Under the pieces are notes generated by a model. That model saw only the letters and a program-made list of their open reading frames with translations. It did not search any database and was not told where the DNA came from. Made by a program: the position numbers and the translations under genes. Positions 1 through 9,396 of a DNA stretch of 56,748 nucleotides are shown piece by piece. Each line of letters begins with the position of its first letter. Within the stretch, counting starts at the first letter, position 1. The stretch is from positions 1 through 56,748 of IMG/VR virus record IMGVR_UViG_3300030329_001316, one strand, 5' to 3'. This DNA comes from a virus (lineage: Duplodnaviria > Caudoviricetes).

Positions 1-77
1 ATCGCATGCCCTATGGACGTAAGGAGTTAAATTATGGCAAATCCGTTATATGGACAAAATAAAGCTGATGGAAACAT
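1..77. repeat. Exact 77-nt repeat of 56185-56261 (end of capsid gene, RBS, start of decoration gene); circular junction
   Basis: Direct comparison: identical for 77 nt, then diverges (c vs t). 77 is a common assembler k-mer size. Confidence 0.95.
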
Positions 78-498
78 CGGATGGTTACAAAACTATGAAA
101 ATGGTGTTAAAGATCATGGAACTTTAGGTGATAATTTAGTTCTTACTGCTTATGATATGGTGAATGCAGTTGCACACACATGTGATCCAGCAGCTGCTAG
201 GTCAGTTACAACTGCTACCGCTGCTTTAATAGTAGCTGCAATGAAAGAAAAAGCTAGTGACAGCAAATGTGTTGCTGGTGATACTTTTCAAATGTGCTTT
301 ATTAATGGTGGTACAGCTGGCGCTGATGAATCATGCACTATGACTGCTGGTACAGGAGTTACTGTTGTAGGTAATGCAGAGGTTGAAAACCTTGATACTG
401 CTAGTGACGCTATTAGTTCAGGTTCATCATTATGGGCTGTTCACGTTACTAATGCTGCATCAGGCTCTGAAGCTGTTTCAATAATCAGACTAGCGTAA
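34..498 (+). CDS. Putative capsid decoration/auxiliary capsid protein, allele A
   Basis: Follows the major capsid gene across the junction; AAGGAG RBS; small and Ala/Thr/Gly-rich; homologous to 56218..56679. Confidence 0.6.
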   Translation: MANPLYGQNKADGNIGWLQNYENGVKDHGTLGDNLVLTAYDMVNAVAHTCDPAAARSVTTATAALIVAAMKEKASDSKCVAGDTFQMCFINGGTAGADESCTMTAGTGVTVVGNAEVENLDTASDAISSGSSLWAVHVTNAASGSEAVSIIRLA

Positions 499-567
499 GG
501 AGTAACTGATGGCTAATGTAAAACTAGGTTCACAAGCAGGTTGGAAATTTAACTATGCTGAAAACTT
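491..567. repeat. Exact 77-nt repeat of 56672-56748
   Basis: Direct sequence comparison. Confidence 0.95.
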
Positions 568-958
568 GGACTCTGATAGACAATTAACCCCAGGTGATTC
601 TGGTAAATTGTTTTTTGCAGATGGGACAAGTGCATTTACAGTTAATCTTCCACAACTTTCTGATGTTGAAGCTGGATGGACTTGCAAAATAATAGTAGAT
701 ACAGTAAATGAAGATATTTCTGTTGTAGGATATGGACAGCCTGCTGCTGGTGGCTCTGATGGAGACGCTAACAAAGTTTGTATAGCTACTTATTGTAGAG
801 ATGGAAACGCTACTACTTATGATGCAGATGCAGATGGTTTTACTATTGAAGCTGCTGGAAGTATAGGTGACTTTGTAATTATAACAACTAACGGAAGCCT
901 TTGGTTTGCTGAAGGCTATGCTAATGCTGCTGCTCATATTACAGCAATAGCAAGTTAA
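509..958 (+). CDS. Virion structural protein (head fibre/decoration-like), paralog 1
   Basis: MANVKLGS start; 'DSGKLFF...VNLP...AGW' pattern; aligns end-to-end with 974..1429. Confidence 0.55.
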   Translation: MANVKLGSQAGWKFNYAENLDSDRQLTPGDSGKLFFADGTSAFTVNLPQLSDVEAGWTCKIIVDTVNEDISVVGYGQPAAGGSDGDANKVCIATYCRDGNATTYDADADGFTIEAAGSIGDFVIITTNGSLWFAEGYANAAAHITAIAS

Positions 959-973
959 TGATGAAAGGAGAAA

Positions 974-1429
974 ATGATGGCTAACGTAAAATTAGGTTCT
1001 AATGCTAAATGGAACAGTTATGCTCAGAATTTAGACTCTGATTATCAAATGCTAGTAGGAGATGCAGGGAAAACATTTTTCGCAGACCAAACAAATGCTG
1101 TGAAAGTTAATCTTCCTGAATTATCTTCTGTTAGTGCAGGTTGGGGTTGTACTATTATTCTAGATGTAGAAGGAAGCGCAACTGTTAGCGTAGTTGCTTA
1201 TGGTCTTCCTCTTGCTGGTGGTACAACTGGTGATGCTGAAAGTGTAACTTACAGAGAATATCCTCGTGATGGCTCTGGTGGTGGAAATGCTACTAATTGT
1301 GATGGATTTGATATTAATACAAATGCTGTAATAGGGCATAGAGTTGATATTATAACCAACGGAACTCGATGGTTTGCGAGTTCTTTCCAAGGAGCTGGCA
1401 ATCACGGTGCTAACATAGATACTGACTAA
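974..1429 (+). CDS. Virion structural protein, paralog 2
   Basis: Shares MANVKLGS, NLDSD, GKxFFAD, VNLP, AGW, ITxNGxxWFA with 509..958. Confidence 0.55.
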   Translation: MMANVKLGSNAKWNSYAQNLDSDYQMLVGDAGKTFFADQTNAVKVNLPELSSVSAGWGCTIILDVEGSATVSVVAYGLPLAGGTTGDAESVTYREYPRDGSGGGNATNCDGFDINTNAVIGHRVDIITNGTRWFASSFQGAGNHGANIDTD

Positions 1430-1444
1430 GTGAATAAATAAATA

Positions 1445-1496
1445 GTTCGGGCACTCTCTATGGTGAGCTTCCCTCCCTGTAGAGGGTGTCTCGGAC
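1445..1496 (+). terminator. Long intergenic stem-loop (terminator or processing site) after the head genes
   Basis: GTTCGGGCACTCTCTATGG pairs with CTGTAGAGGGTGTCTCGGAC using G-U wobbles that work on the + strand; no U-tract. Confidence 0.5.
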
Positions 1497-1510
1497 ATTA
1501 AAAGGAAATT

Positions 1511-2197
1511 ATGGCAAGTTTTGAAGAACAAATAGAAGGTTTAGTAGGATTTGATATAGGAGTTGATGATGGTCCTTCAGCAGCAGAAATAACTCAATTT
1601 ATAAGAGATGGAGTTATTGATGTTATATGTAAGGTTATAGAAATAAAACCAGAAGAAGCATCATTATTTTCTAGAATAGATTATGATACTGGAAGCGGTC
1701 AAACTGTAAATAGTGGTCAAATTGTAAATGTTACCAGAGAACACGATGATACTACTATTTTAAGACCTGCTGATAGAATATCATCTAAAGATAGATATGA
1801 TGCTCAAGATACTAAAAGTTTAAAGTATAGATCTAAATATAATCCAGCATATTATGTTCTTGATAAAAAAGTACATGTATTACCTACAGCAGGTAGTAGT
1901 GGGAATAGGGGAGTAATAAATTTTATAGACTATGATATAGCAATTGATGAAGATGAAACAGGTACTAATTTGGAAAATTTCCCAAGTAAGTATTATCATT
2001 TAGTAAGTTTATATGGAGCAATTAAAACAGTGGAATCTAAATTAGCTCATATAGCTCAAGATGATGAAGATCAGGAACTTATAACTATATGGAATAGTAT
2101 TTTAAGTAATTTAAAAAATGATTATGGAGACTTTTTTGCTATGATGATAAAAGCTGCTCCAAAACCTCAACAAGGAGGACAAGCGCGTGAAAGTTAA
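1511..2197 (+). CDS. Head-tail adaptor/tail ring protein (T7 gp11/P22 gp4-like position)
   Basis: Position after head genes; 'PAYYVLDKKVHVLP' and 'FPSKYYHLVSLYGAIK' resemble podovirus adaptor motifs. Confidence 0.55.
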   Translation: MASFEEQIEGLVGFDIGVDDGPSAAEITQFIRDGVIDVICKVIEIKPEEASLFSRIDYDTGSGQTVNSGQIVNVTREHDDTTILRPADRISSKDRYDAQDTKSLKYRSKYNPAYYVLDKKVHVLPTAGSSGNRGVINFIDYDIAIDEDETGTNLENFPSKYYHLVSLYGAIKTVESKLAHIAQDDEDQELITIWNSILSNLKNDYGDFFAMMIKAAPKPQQGGQARES

Positions 2198-2468
2198 AGA
2201 AATTATGGAAAGAGCTGGAATAACAGAAACTGGTAGAGCACTCGCATATATAAAAGATGGTTTAGAAGAGTTGAATTTAGAGGGTGAAGCTCAAGTTAAA
2301 ACCGATAGAATTGATATAAAACAGAATAAAAGATTTTATACTTTCCCAGATGATATGGTGAAGGTATTACAAATAAGATGTAAGAATCACTTAAATAGTG
2401 AAGATGAATATAGAAAAATACCAAGACTTCTGCATGAACCTAAAATTGTTGATGCAGACGCAGAATAG
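2187..2468 (+). CDS. Adaptor/ring protein, N-terminal-half-like
   Basis: GTG start overlapping upstream gene; 'YIKDGLEELN...KRFYTFPDDMVKVLQIR' resembles adaptor N-termini. Confidence 0.45.
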   Translation: MKVKEIMERAGITETGRALAYIKDGLEELNLEGEAQVKTDRIDIKQNKRFYTFPDDMVKVLQIRCKNHLNSEDEYRKIPRLLHEPKIVDADAE

Positions 2469-2477
2469 GAGACAATA

Positions 2478-2933
2478 ATGGCGATAAGTAACGCAACAAT
2501 GACTGTTACGGTAACTGAATCAGTTTCGTTAAACGGTACAAATAGAGGAAACTCTATAACTAGAAGTATAAGTAATATCCATGATGTTATGGAAAGAATT
2601 ATAACAGTTCCAACATCTGAAATAACTCTATATACAACTCATAATACAGATGTGGCTGGACAAATATTTGATAATGGGTTTGTTAAGTATGCTAGATTTA
2701 CAAATAAAGATGCTAATAATTATATAACTCTAAGAATTACAAATGGTGAAAATGATGAGTTTGCATATAAACTACTTGCAGGTGAAACATTTATTTTAAA
2801 TTCACATTCAGCATCTACAGAAATGGCTGCAGGTGCTGCAGGTGCTCCAGATCAAGATATATTAAGTGTTGAAGCACAAGCTAATACAGGCGCATGTGAT
2901 CTTGAATATATAGTTGCAAGTGTAAACGCATAG
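2478..2933 (+). CDS. Virion structural protein (beta-rich)
   Basis: AGGAG RBS; in tail module; Thr/Asn-rich beta pattern. Confidence 0.45.
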   Translation: MAISNATMTVTVTESVSLNGTNRGNSITRSISNIHDVMERIITVPTSEITLYTTHNTDVAGQIFDNGFVKYARFTNKDANNYITLRITNGENDEFAYKLLAGETFILNSHSASTEMAAGAAGAPDQDILSVEAQANTGACDLEYIVASVNA

Positions 2934-2940
2934 GAGTAAT

Positions 2941-3342
2941 ATGGCAACAGTTAGAGAATATGGTTATTATATAAAAGGTAATAAATTAGCAGTAGTAGAA
3001 AGAGATACTTCATTTGATAATGATGTAAATTCTAAAGACTATGGTCCTGGTTCAGATAGAGCGCAATGGAAGTCTCCCCTTGCAGATGCTGATAAAGGAC
3101 TGGAAATTCAATTTACTTATCTTGATGATCAAGTAGTAGATGAAGGTAGTGATATTCAATTACCTAGATATTTAGCTAGAGCATTAGTTTATTATTTAAA
3201 AGCAAGAATGTTTGAAGATGCTGGAAACTCTAATATGCGCAAAGCCAATTTAAAAGAATTTCGTAAAATGATTGAAAAACAAGAAACCGCAAAAGTATCT
3301 GGACCTAGAATGATAGCTCCAGGGCCTTATGCAATAAGATAA
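2941..3342 (+). CDS. Adaptor/ring protein, C-terminal-half-like
   Basis: 'YGYYIKGNKLAVV...IQLPRYLARALVYYLKARMFED' resembles adaptor C-termini. Confidence 0.45.
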   Translation: MATVREYGYYIKGNKLAVVERDTSFDNDVNSKDYGPGSDRAQWKSPLADADKGLEIQFTYLDDQVVDEGSDIQLPRYLARALVYYLKARMFEDAGNSNMRKANLKEFRKMIEKQETAKVSGPRMIAPGPYAIR

Positions 3343-3345
3343 CAA

Positions 3346-3375
3346 GCCCATTCACGCACAGCCAGTGCTTAGGGC
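3346..3375 (+). promoter_or_regulatory. Stem-loop abutting the RBS of 3387..3725
   Basis: GCCC...GCAC-AGCCA-GTGC...GGGC immediately followed by AGGAGG. Confidence 0.4.
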
Positions 3376-3386
3376 AGGAGGTAGAC

Positions 3387-3725
3387 ATGGCAAATAAACA
3401 AGGTGGATTACAAGGATTCACAGTTCAAGAAGCACAAAACGCTTCTCTAGGTCAAGCAGGTGCCCTGCTAACAAATGATACAAGTAATGATATAGATGCT
3501 CCAACTGGATCACATTGGGTTGCTTTACAAATAGTTGATGATGTTACTTTTACAACATTAACTCAAGTAAGTAATAAATGGTTTGGTTCTGCAGCAGGTG
3601 CTACAGATCTTGATTCTAATGGTGACACTACATCAGGTATTACATTTCCAGCGGGTATGACTTTATATGGTAGATGGTCAAAATTTAATTTAGCTGGTGG
3701 AACTGTTATAGCTTACGTAGGTTAG
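3387..3725 (+). CDS. Tail hub/fibre-attachment-like structural protein
   Basis: Precedes the fibre genes; paralogous to 9396..9755 (NxxLGQxG, VAxxxV, GxxLxGxx). Confidence 0.45.
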   Translation: MANKQGGLQGFTVQEAQNASLGQAGALLTNDTSNDIDAPTGSHWVALQIVDDVTFTTLTQVSNKWFGSAAGATDLDSNGDTTSGITFPAGMTLYGRWSKFNLAGGTVIAYVG

Positions 3726-3727
3726 TT

Positions 3728-4495
3728 ATGGCTTTAGGTCTTTCAAACAGTTTATCAAAATCAGGTATAGTAACGCCTGGTATAGTTACTGATTCTTTAG
3801 TATTAAAACACAATTATTCTTCAGGAGAAGTGCATCTTGTAAGTGATGGTGCTGCATATTTTGATGGTAATGGTGATAGAATTAATATGGGAGTAATAAA
3901 TACCCCTTCAGGTGCATTTAGTATGGGGTGTTGGTTTAAAATACTAACAGGTCAATTAGAAGAACGCCCAACATTGATGGGAAGAGCAAGTTATGCTACA
4001 CATACTCATGGTGTGATATTAAGATTTTCAACTGATTCTTCTTCTAGTGATACGACAAAATTATCTACTGCAATTGGAAGTGCTGCTGCATCTACTAGTA
4101 AAGAGTGGACTTCAGCACCTACTAGAGATGTTTGGAATCATGCTATGATTACAGTAGATGGCGCATCTGATGGTTCTAAAACTTTAAAAATGTACTTAAA
4201 TGGAGTACTTGATAAAACTTCAACAAGTATAAGATATGCAGTAGATACTGATGCAACTACAGAGTTTCAAATAGGAAAAGCAGAGAATTTAAATGCAGGA
4301 GACTCAGAATTTAAAGGATATATATGTAATGCTGGTATGTGGGATACAGACCTAACACAAGCGCAAATACAGTCAATTATGTGGAAAGATTACGCTAGAT
4401 TATCTTCTAGTGAAAAAACAAATTTAGTATCATGGTGGAATTTAAGTAGCGATGCAAATGATTCCCATGGTTCAAACAATGGGACATTAGAATAA
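3728..4495 (+). CDS. LamG/concanavalin A-like lectin-domain tail protein
   Basis: 'FDGNGDRI', 'FSMGCWFK', 'WNHAMITVD', 'MYLNGV', 'FKGYICNAGMWDTDLTQAQI' fit LamG-3. Confidence 0.85.
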   Translation: MALGLSNSLSKSGIVTPGIVTDSLVLKHNYSSGEVHLVSDGAAYFDGNGDRINMGVINTPSGAFSMGCWFKILTGQLEERPTLMGRASYATHTHGVILRFSTDSSSSDTTKLSTAIGSAAASTSKEWTSAPTRDVWNHAMITVDGASDGSKTLKMYLNGVLDKTSTSIRYAVDTDATTEFQIGKAENLNAGDSEFKGYICNAGMWDTDLTQAQIQSIMWKDYARLSSSEKTNLVSWWNLSSDANDSHGSNNGTLE

Positions 4496-7400
4496 TGGCA
4501 GCTACAATACAAACAATGGACAAACCAACAAGAGTTAGAGGATTAGATACTTCTGGTAACAACAATCACGCACAAATATATTCAGGTAGAGCATTAGAAT
4601 TTGATGGTGTTACTGATTATTTATCAGTATCTGGATCAGCAACTCCTGTAGTTTTTGTGGATTATACTGCAGAATCAACTGCAGCTAATAGAGCATGGAC
4701 TGTAGCTGTTTGGATTAAATTTGATTCAGCAAGTACTAGTTATCAATACATTTGTGGAAATGATACTTCTTATGCAGATTCCGCTTGTTCTGCTTTTCTT
4801 GTAATGACTAGTGCTGAAAAATTAGCTTTTTATGATTTAGGTGCATCAACATGGAGACCAGCAAATACAATATTAAATTCAGGCACCTGGTATAGAGCAG
4901 TATGGGTATTTGATGGTGTTGGCACTGTAAATTTTTATGTAAATGGAGTTGCAGATGGAAGTGGAACTCTTACTGTAGGTGATAATAATAATGCTGATTT
5001 AGTTGCAAGTATTATAGGATGCCGTATAAATAGTGGGGTTTTTGAAAATGCGTGGACTGGTAAAATGTCTGATCTTCAAGGATGGCAAGGTGCTTGGACT
5101 CAAGAGGATATAACCTATGATTATCTTAATCCAGATCAATTAGTATCAAATAGAAGTAATACATCGATAGATAGCTCTAATCTTAAATTTTGGTACCCAA
5201 TGAATGAGGGGCATAGAGGTAATCAGTCTTATGTACTTGATGCTTCTAATACAGGACCAGTTGATGTTATATCTGGTTATGGAACTTTTACAGATAGTAG
5301 CAAATGGAGTGTACATGCTAGCACAGATGCAAATAATTACTGGGAAATTGATACGAATGCTCAAACAATGAGGATAGTATCGGATGGCACATATATTGAT
5401 GCTGCATTTCATGATACAACTATATTAGAATTAGGTCAAACATACAAAATTACTGTTGAAGTTACTAATGTAACATCTGGCTCAATAAGGATTCTGCCAC
5501 GAAGTGGTGGATTAAATCACACACCTTATTCTCAGGGAGTATTAAGCACTGTTGGTACTCATGAATTTTATTATCAAAGTGCTCAAAAAACTGGTATAGC
5601 TATTGCTAGAAATGCAGCTTGTGATATTACTATTAAAAATCTAACAGTAGAGGCTGTAAACGCTAAACATAACGCAACAACTGTATTTTATGGTGATGAG
5701 CAAATAACTGACGCTAAGAATAGAACTGGATTCTCATCTCATGAATGGACTCATTATGGTAGTGCTAGTGGAAATATAAATGTTTCTGGTGGTAAATTGT
5801 TTATAACTTGTAATAGTTCTGCTGGAGCTCAAGATAATCAAGGTGCTCAATTAGCAATAGCTAAGGTTGATGCAGCAGGTGGTTCTCATCCTATTGTAGC
5901 AGGTAGAACTTATAGAATACAAGCTGACTTAGATTTTACAACAATAGCAGATTCAGATTTGGTAATTAAATTTGTATTAGGAAACAATGGAACAACAATA
6001 ACAGCAAGTGATGGAAGTCCAAATGATGGAACTATTAATGCAACTGAACAAACATATTATGCTGATGTAACTACTGCAGATGCTACAGGAAATTTAAGAA
6101 TTAATTGTACCGCAGTTACTAATGATAGTGGTAGTGATAATATATTTAGTGTTGATAATGTATCTGTTAAAGAAGTAGGCACAGCAATGGGTTGGACAGA
6201 TGCAGACCAACAACTTGATATACCTCAAACAGCATTGCAATCTTATAACCAATTAGCTTGGCCACATGGTAAAGATTCTGCACATGTTGCTTTTTCTGAT
6301 GGAGATAGTGATTTAAAATTTACAACAGGTGCTTATAGTATATCATTTTGGTTTATGCCTAACTCAAATACTTTAGATGGATATGTTTTAAGTAAAGGAG
6401 CTTTTAATACATCAGGATATTATGTTTTTTATGATGCATCAGCACGAACGCTAAAATATTATACAAATCAATCTAGTGCTTCTCAAGCAAATACTTCAAG
6501 TGCTTTAACTTTAGGTAAATGGTATCATTGTGCTGTAACAATTACTAATAGTGGTACAGTTTCTAGGTGGTATATAAACGGAGAAGCAGAGACTCCAAAA
6601 ACTGATCATACAGTCGCAGTTGCGGATACTAGAAATTTTCAAATTTATAATAGAGGTGGTGGTGCTAATAACCCAGATTTTGGATTAACAGAAATATCTA
6701 TATGGAATAAACAATTATCTGCAGCAGAGGTAACAGAAATATATAATGAGGGTTTAGCTCTTGATGCTACAACCCATAGTGCTTCTAGTAATTTGTTGCA
6801 TTATTGGAGAAATAATGGATTAGGTACATGGACAGATATAGGTAAAGCTGGCTCTTTATTTAATGGAACTCCAACAAATATTACAGAAACAATGCTTATT
6901 ACAGCAGGTGCAGACAGTTCAAGAGATTCGCAAGGATTTTTAATGAACAGTCAAAGAAATACTGAATGTTTAAATTTACCTTTGATAAGGTATGATAGTG
7001 GTGGACCAGATTTAAGTGGCTCAAGTATAGTTAAAACAGAAGATGGTGTAGGTATTTCAGATTATGGAGCTTCAGATTGGTCAGTTGAATTTTGGTTTAA
7101 ATCTAAAACTTCTGGCGAACCTATGTTTATGGCTACTCATCAAGAGGCTTCTAATAGTGCTGAAGGATGGCATATAAGATGGTCATCAAGTCATACTATT
7201 TATTTTGTAGTATCAGATGGTACTGATGTCTTAGATACAGCAGTATCAAACGCTCTTGCAGTTGATGAATGGCATCATATTATTTGTTCTTATGACTATT
7301 CTGCTGATAAGAAATTTGTATATATAAATGGAGTTTTAAGACAAATTGAAACTGATACAAATATAGGTACAATAGCTCCAGATGCTGATTTACATATAGG

Positions 7401-7581
7401 TACAAGAAGAGGAGAGGGTACTCAATTTTTTATAGGACAAATTGATGATTTTAAAATATATAATAAACTTCTTTCAGATGGGGGTGTATCAACTGGAGTT
7501 TCAGATGCAGCCAATTTATCTACAGCAGCAAAAGGAGAAGTATTAAGAAATTATAAAGCAGGTAAAAGGAGTCACAAATAA
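4495..7581 (+). CDS. Multi-LamG tail fibre/receptor-binding protein with intervening CBM-like domains
   Basis: Three LamG repeats (WTVAVWIK..FYVNGV; YSISFWF..WYHCAVT..WYING; WSVEFWFK..WHHIICSY..YINGV..GQIDDFKIYNKLL). Confidence 0.85.
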   Translation: MAATIQTMDKPTRVRGLDTSGNNNHAQIYSGRALEFDGVTDYLSVSGSATPVVFVDYTAESTAANRAWTVAVWIKFDSASTSYQYICGNDTSYADSACSAFLVMTSAEKLAFYDLGASTWRPANTILNSGTWYRAVWVFDGVGTVNFYVNGVADGSGTLTVGDNNNADLVASIIGCRINSGVFENAWTGKMSDLQGWQGAWTQEDITYDYLNPDQLVSNRSNTSIDSSNLKFWYPMNEGHRGNQSYVLDASNTGPVDVISGYGTFTDSSKWSVHASTDANNYWEIDTNAQTMRIVSDGTYIDAAFHDTTILELGQTYKITVEVTNVTSGSIRILPRSGGLNHTPYSQGVLSTVGTHEFYYQSAQKTGIAIARNAACDITIKNLTVEAVNAKHNATTVFYGDEQITDAKNRTGFSSHEWTHYGSASGNINVSGGKLFITCNSSAGAQDNQGAQLAIAKVDAAGGSHPIVAGRTYRIQADLDFTTIADSDLVIKFVLGNNGTTITASDGSPNDGTINATEQTYYADVTTADATGNLRINCTAVTNDSGSDNIFSVDNVSVKEVGTAMGWTDADQQLDIPQTALQSYNQLAWPHGKDSAHVAFSDGDSDLKFTTGAYSISFWFMPNSNTLDGYVLSKGAFNTSGYYVFYDASARTLKYYTNQSSASQANTSSALTLGKWYHCAVTITNSGTVSRWYINGEAETPKTDHTVAVADTRNFQIYNRGGGANNPDFGLTEISIWNKQLSAAEVTEIYNEGLALDATTHSASSNLLHYWRNNGLGTWTDIGKAGSLFNGTPTNITETMLITAGADSSRDSQGFLMNSQRNTECLNLPLIRYDSGGPDLSGSSIVKTEDGVGISDYGASDWSVEFWFKSKTSGEPMFMATHQEASNSAEGWHIRWSSSHTIYFVVSDGTDVLDTAVSNALAVDEWHHIICSYDYSADKKFVYINGVLRQIETDTNIGTIAPDADLHIGTRRGEGTQFFIGQIDDFKIYNKLLSDGGVSTGVSDAANLSTAAKGEVLRNYKAGKRSHK

Positions 7582-8039
7582 TGGCACATTATGAAATGTA
7601 TATATGTTTAAAGAAAGAAACTTATGAGAGTAAAGTCCCTAGTATTTTGCAAGCAAAATTAGGTTATAAAATAGATGATGAGAATAAACCTACTAATGCT
7701 AATACTGTAGCACAAATAAAGGCCTGGCTTGATAGTAAGAGTATATCTTATGATGGAGTTACTTTAAAGGCTGACTTATTATCAGTTGTAGAAATGTCAG
7801 GACCAACTGAAGATTATTTACCTACATGGAAAGAGGCTACTTTTAAAGGAAATCTTGGAGCCCCTAGGTTATCTCATGATGGATCTTACGTTATTTTAAA
7901 AGGTGAGTTTTCTATGAAAGAAGGAGAGTTATCAGCTATAGCTAGTTTAGGAGACTCTATGGATTATCCTAATAACAGTGTATTAACTAAGACAGAAGCT
8001 CAAGAATTAGTAAACAGTTCAACATTTACAGGAGAATAA
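7581..8039 (+). CDS. Tail-fibre-associated protein with internal HeH/LEM(SAP)-like motif
   Basis: Follows the fibre gene; 'TVAQIKAWLDSKSISYDGVTLKADLL' fits the HeH/LEM pattern. Confidence 0.5.
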   Translation: MAHYEMYICLKKETYESKVPSILQAKLGYKIDDENKPTNANTVAQIKAWLDSKSISYDGVTLKADLLSVVEMSGPTEDYLPTWKEATFKGNLGAPRLSHDGSYVILKGEFSMKEGELSAIASLGDSMDYPNNSVLTKTEAQELVNSSTFTGE

Positions 8040-8040
8040 A

Positions 8041-8442
8041 ATGGACTTAATAGAAAGTATAAAAAAACATGAAGGTTATGTTGGTGTAGTATATAAAGAT
8101 TCTTTAGGTATAGATACTATAGGGTATGGTTTTGCTATAAAAGATTTAGAACTTGATGCAGATATATGTGACATTATTCTTGAGCGTAAGCTTAAAAACT
8201 TAAATGATAGAATTAAAAATAAATTTGATTGGTATAAATATATGCCACCAGAAATACAAAATGTAGTAACAGAAATGTGTTATCAATTAGGCGTAACAGG
8301 TTTCTCAAAATTTAGAAAAACAATTGCTTATTTACAAAATAAAGAATTTAAAAATGCTTCTATTGAAATGCTTGATAGTCGTTGGGCTAAACAGACTCCT
8401 AATAGAGCAAAAGCACTAAGTGAAAGAGTAGGTAAAGTATGA
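8041..8442 (+). CDS. Phage lysozyme/endolysin (T4-like, GH24)
   Basis: 'HEG...YKDSLGIDTIGYG' (E-x8-D-x5-T) and 'MLDSRWAKQTPNRA'. Confidence 0.92.
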   Translation: MDLIESIKKHEGYVGVVYKDSLGIDTIGYGFAIKDLELDADICDIILERKLKNLNDRIKNKFDWYKYMPPEIQNVVTEMCYQLGVTGFSKFRKTIAYLQNKEFKNASIEMLDSRWAKQTPNRAKALSERVGKV

Positions 8443-9218
8443 AAATATACAAACCAAACCCAGTTACGGGAGAAATGGAAGTTTTTCAAACTGATCAAAA
8501 TGATCCAAGATATCATGTCCCGCCTAGTAGACAAACTGAATCAAGGCAACCGTTAGGAGAACCTTTTCCTCAACCAGGTTTTAAAAGACCTAATCAAACA
8601 TATATGATGGGCGATACTCCTGCTAATCCTATAATACCTGAAAGAAATAGAATATATCGTGGTGGTGAAATTGTAAGTAATCCTACTACTCCTATATCAG
8701 TTGATCCAGTTGCTAATATTGAGCCTGTACAAAACGTTCCTGTAGATACTATAAATACTGTAATAAATCAAGATGTTAATATATTTGATGATGAAGGTAG
8801 TGGTTATGATAATATGTCTTTTGGGGATGCTTTTAATCAAGCCAGATCAGAAGGTTTAAGGATATTTGAATGGAAAGGTGGAGTTTATAACACTAATTTA
8901 AAGGAATCTGAAAACAAAATACAACCAAATAATAATTTAAGTGAAAGAGATTCTTTACTTAATGAATGGAATAATTCACCAGATTCAATGAAAGCACAAT
9001 GGGATAATGATTTTGAAAAATGGTTTAAATTTGTAACTTATAAAGCTGGAGATCCACATCCTTCAAATGAAGTTAATGTTCAAAAACAAACTTCTGATAT
9101 TAGGTTAGGTGGTATAGATTGGGGAAAACAAACCTATGAGGTTGTTGATCCTGATGATAATATAACAATATATAATTTTGGAGAAGGTCCTTTACCTGCT
9201 TCATATTTTAACGAATAA
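8439..9218 (+). CDS. Hypothetical protein, Pro-rich N-terminus, 'SFGDAFNQARSEGLRIFEWKGGVYNT' motif
   Basis: ATGA overlap with lysozyme; motif recalled from crAss-like phage proteins. Confidence 0.5.
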   Translation: MKIYKPNPVTGEMEVFQTDQNDPRYHVPPSRQTESRQPLGEPFPQPGFKRPNQTYMMGDTPANPIIPERNRIYRGGEIVSNPTTPISVDPVANIEPVQNVPVDTINTVINQDVNIFDDEGSGYDNMSFGDAFNQARSEGLRIFEWKGGVYNTNLKESENKIQPNNNLSERDSLLNEWNNSPDSMKAQWDNDFEKWFKFVTYKAGDPHPSNEVNVQKQTSDIRLGGIDWGKQTYEVVDPDDNITIYNFGEGPLPASYFNE

Positions 9219-9234
9219 TTAAGAAAGGCTTAAA

Positions 9235-9396
9235 ATGGACTTAGATACACTAAAATCAGCAATAATAGGTGGAGGAGGGATGAGTATCCAATTTATAGAA
9301 ATGTTGCCTGAAATGGTACGTATAAGCGTTGGAATTGCTACTATAGTATATTTTGTGTATAAAATTCAACTAATACGTAAGGAGTTAAGTAAATAA
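9235..9396 (+). CDS. Small membrane protein, holin-like (53 aa, not in ORF track)
   Basis: Translated by hand: MDLDTLKSAIIGGGGMSIQFIEMLPEMVRISVGIATIVYFVYKIQLIRKELSK; hydrophobic segment, basic tail; TAATG coupling to next gene. Confidence 0.55.
   Translation: MDLDTLKSAIIGGGGMSIQFIEMLPEMVRISVGIATIVYFVYKIQLIRKELSK

Noticed and set aside
553-1531. Antisense ORFs in the track (553..774, 584..937, 1160..1531 and similar ones at 5146, 8328, 9341, 9700, 10252, 15754, 17889, 19197, 23043, 24898, 29882, 33696, 48540, 49932, 51271)
   Set aside because: They are shadows of well-supported + strand genes, with no RBS and Ser/Ile/Phe-biased composition.
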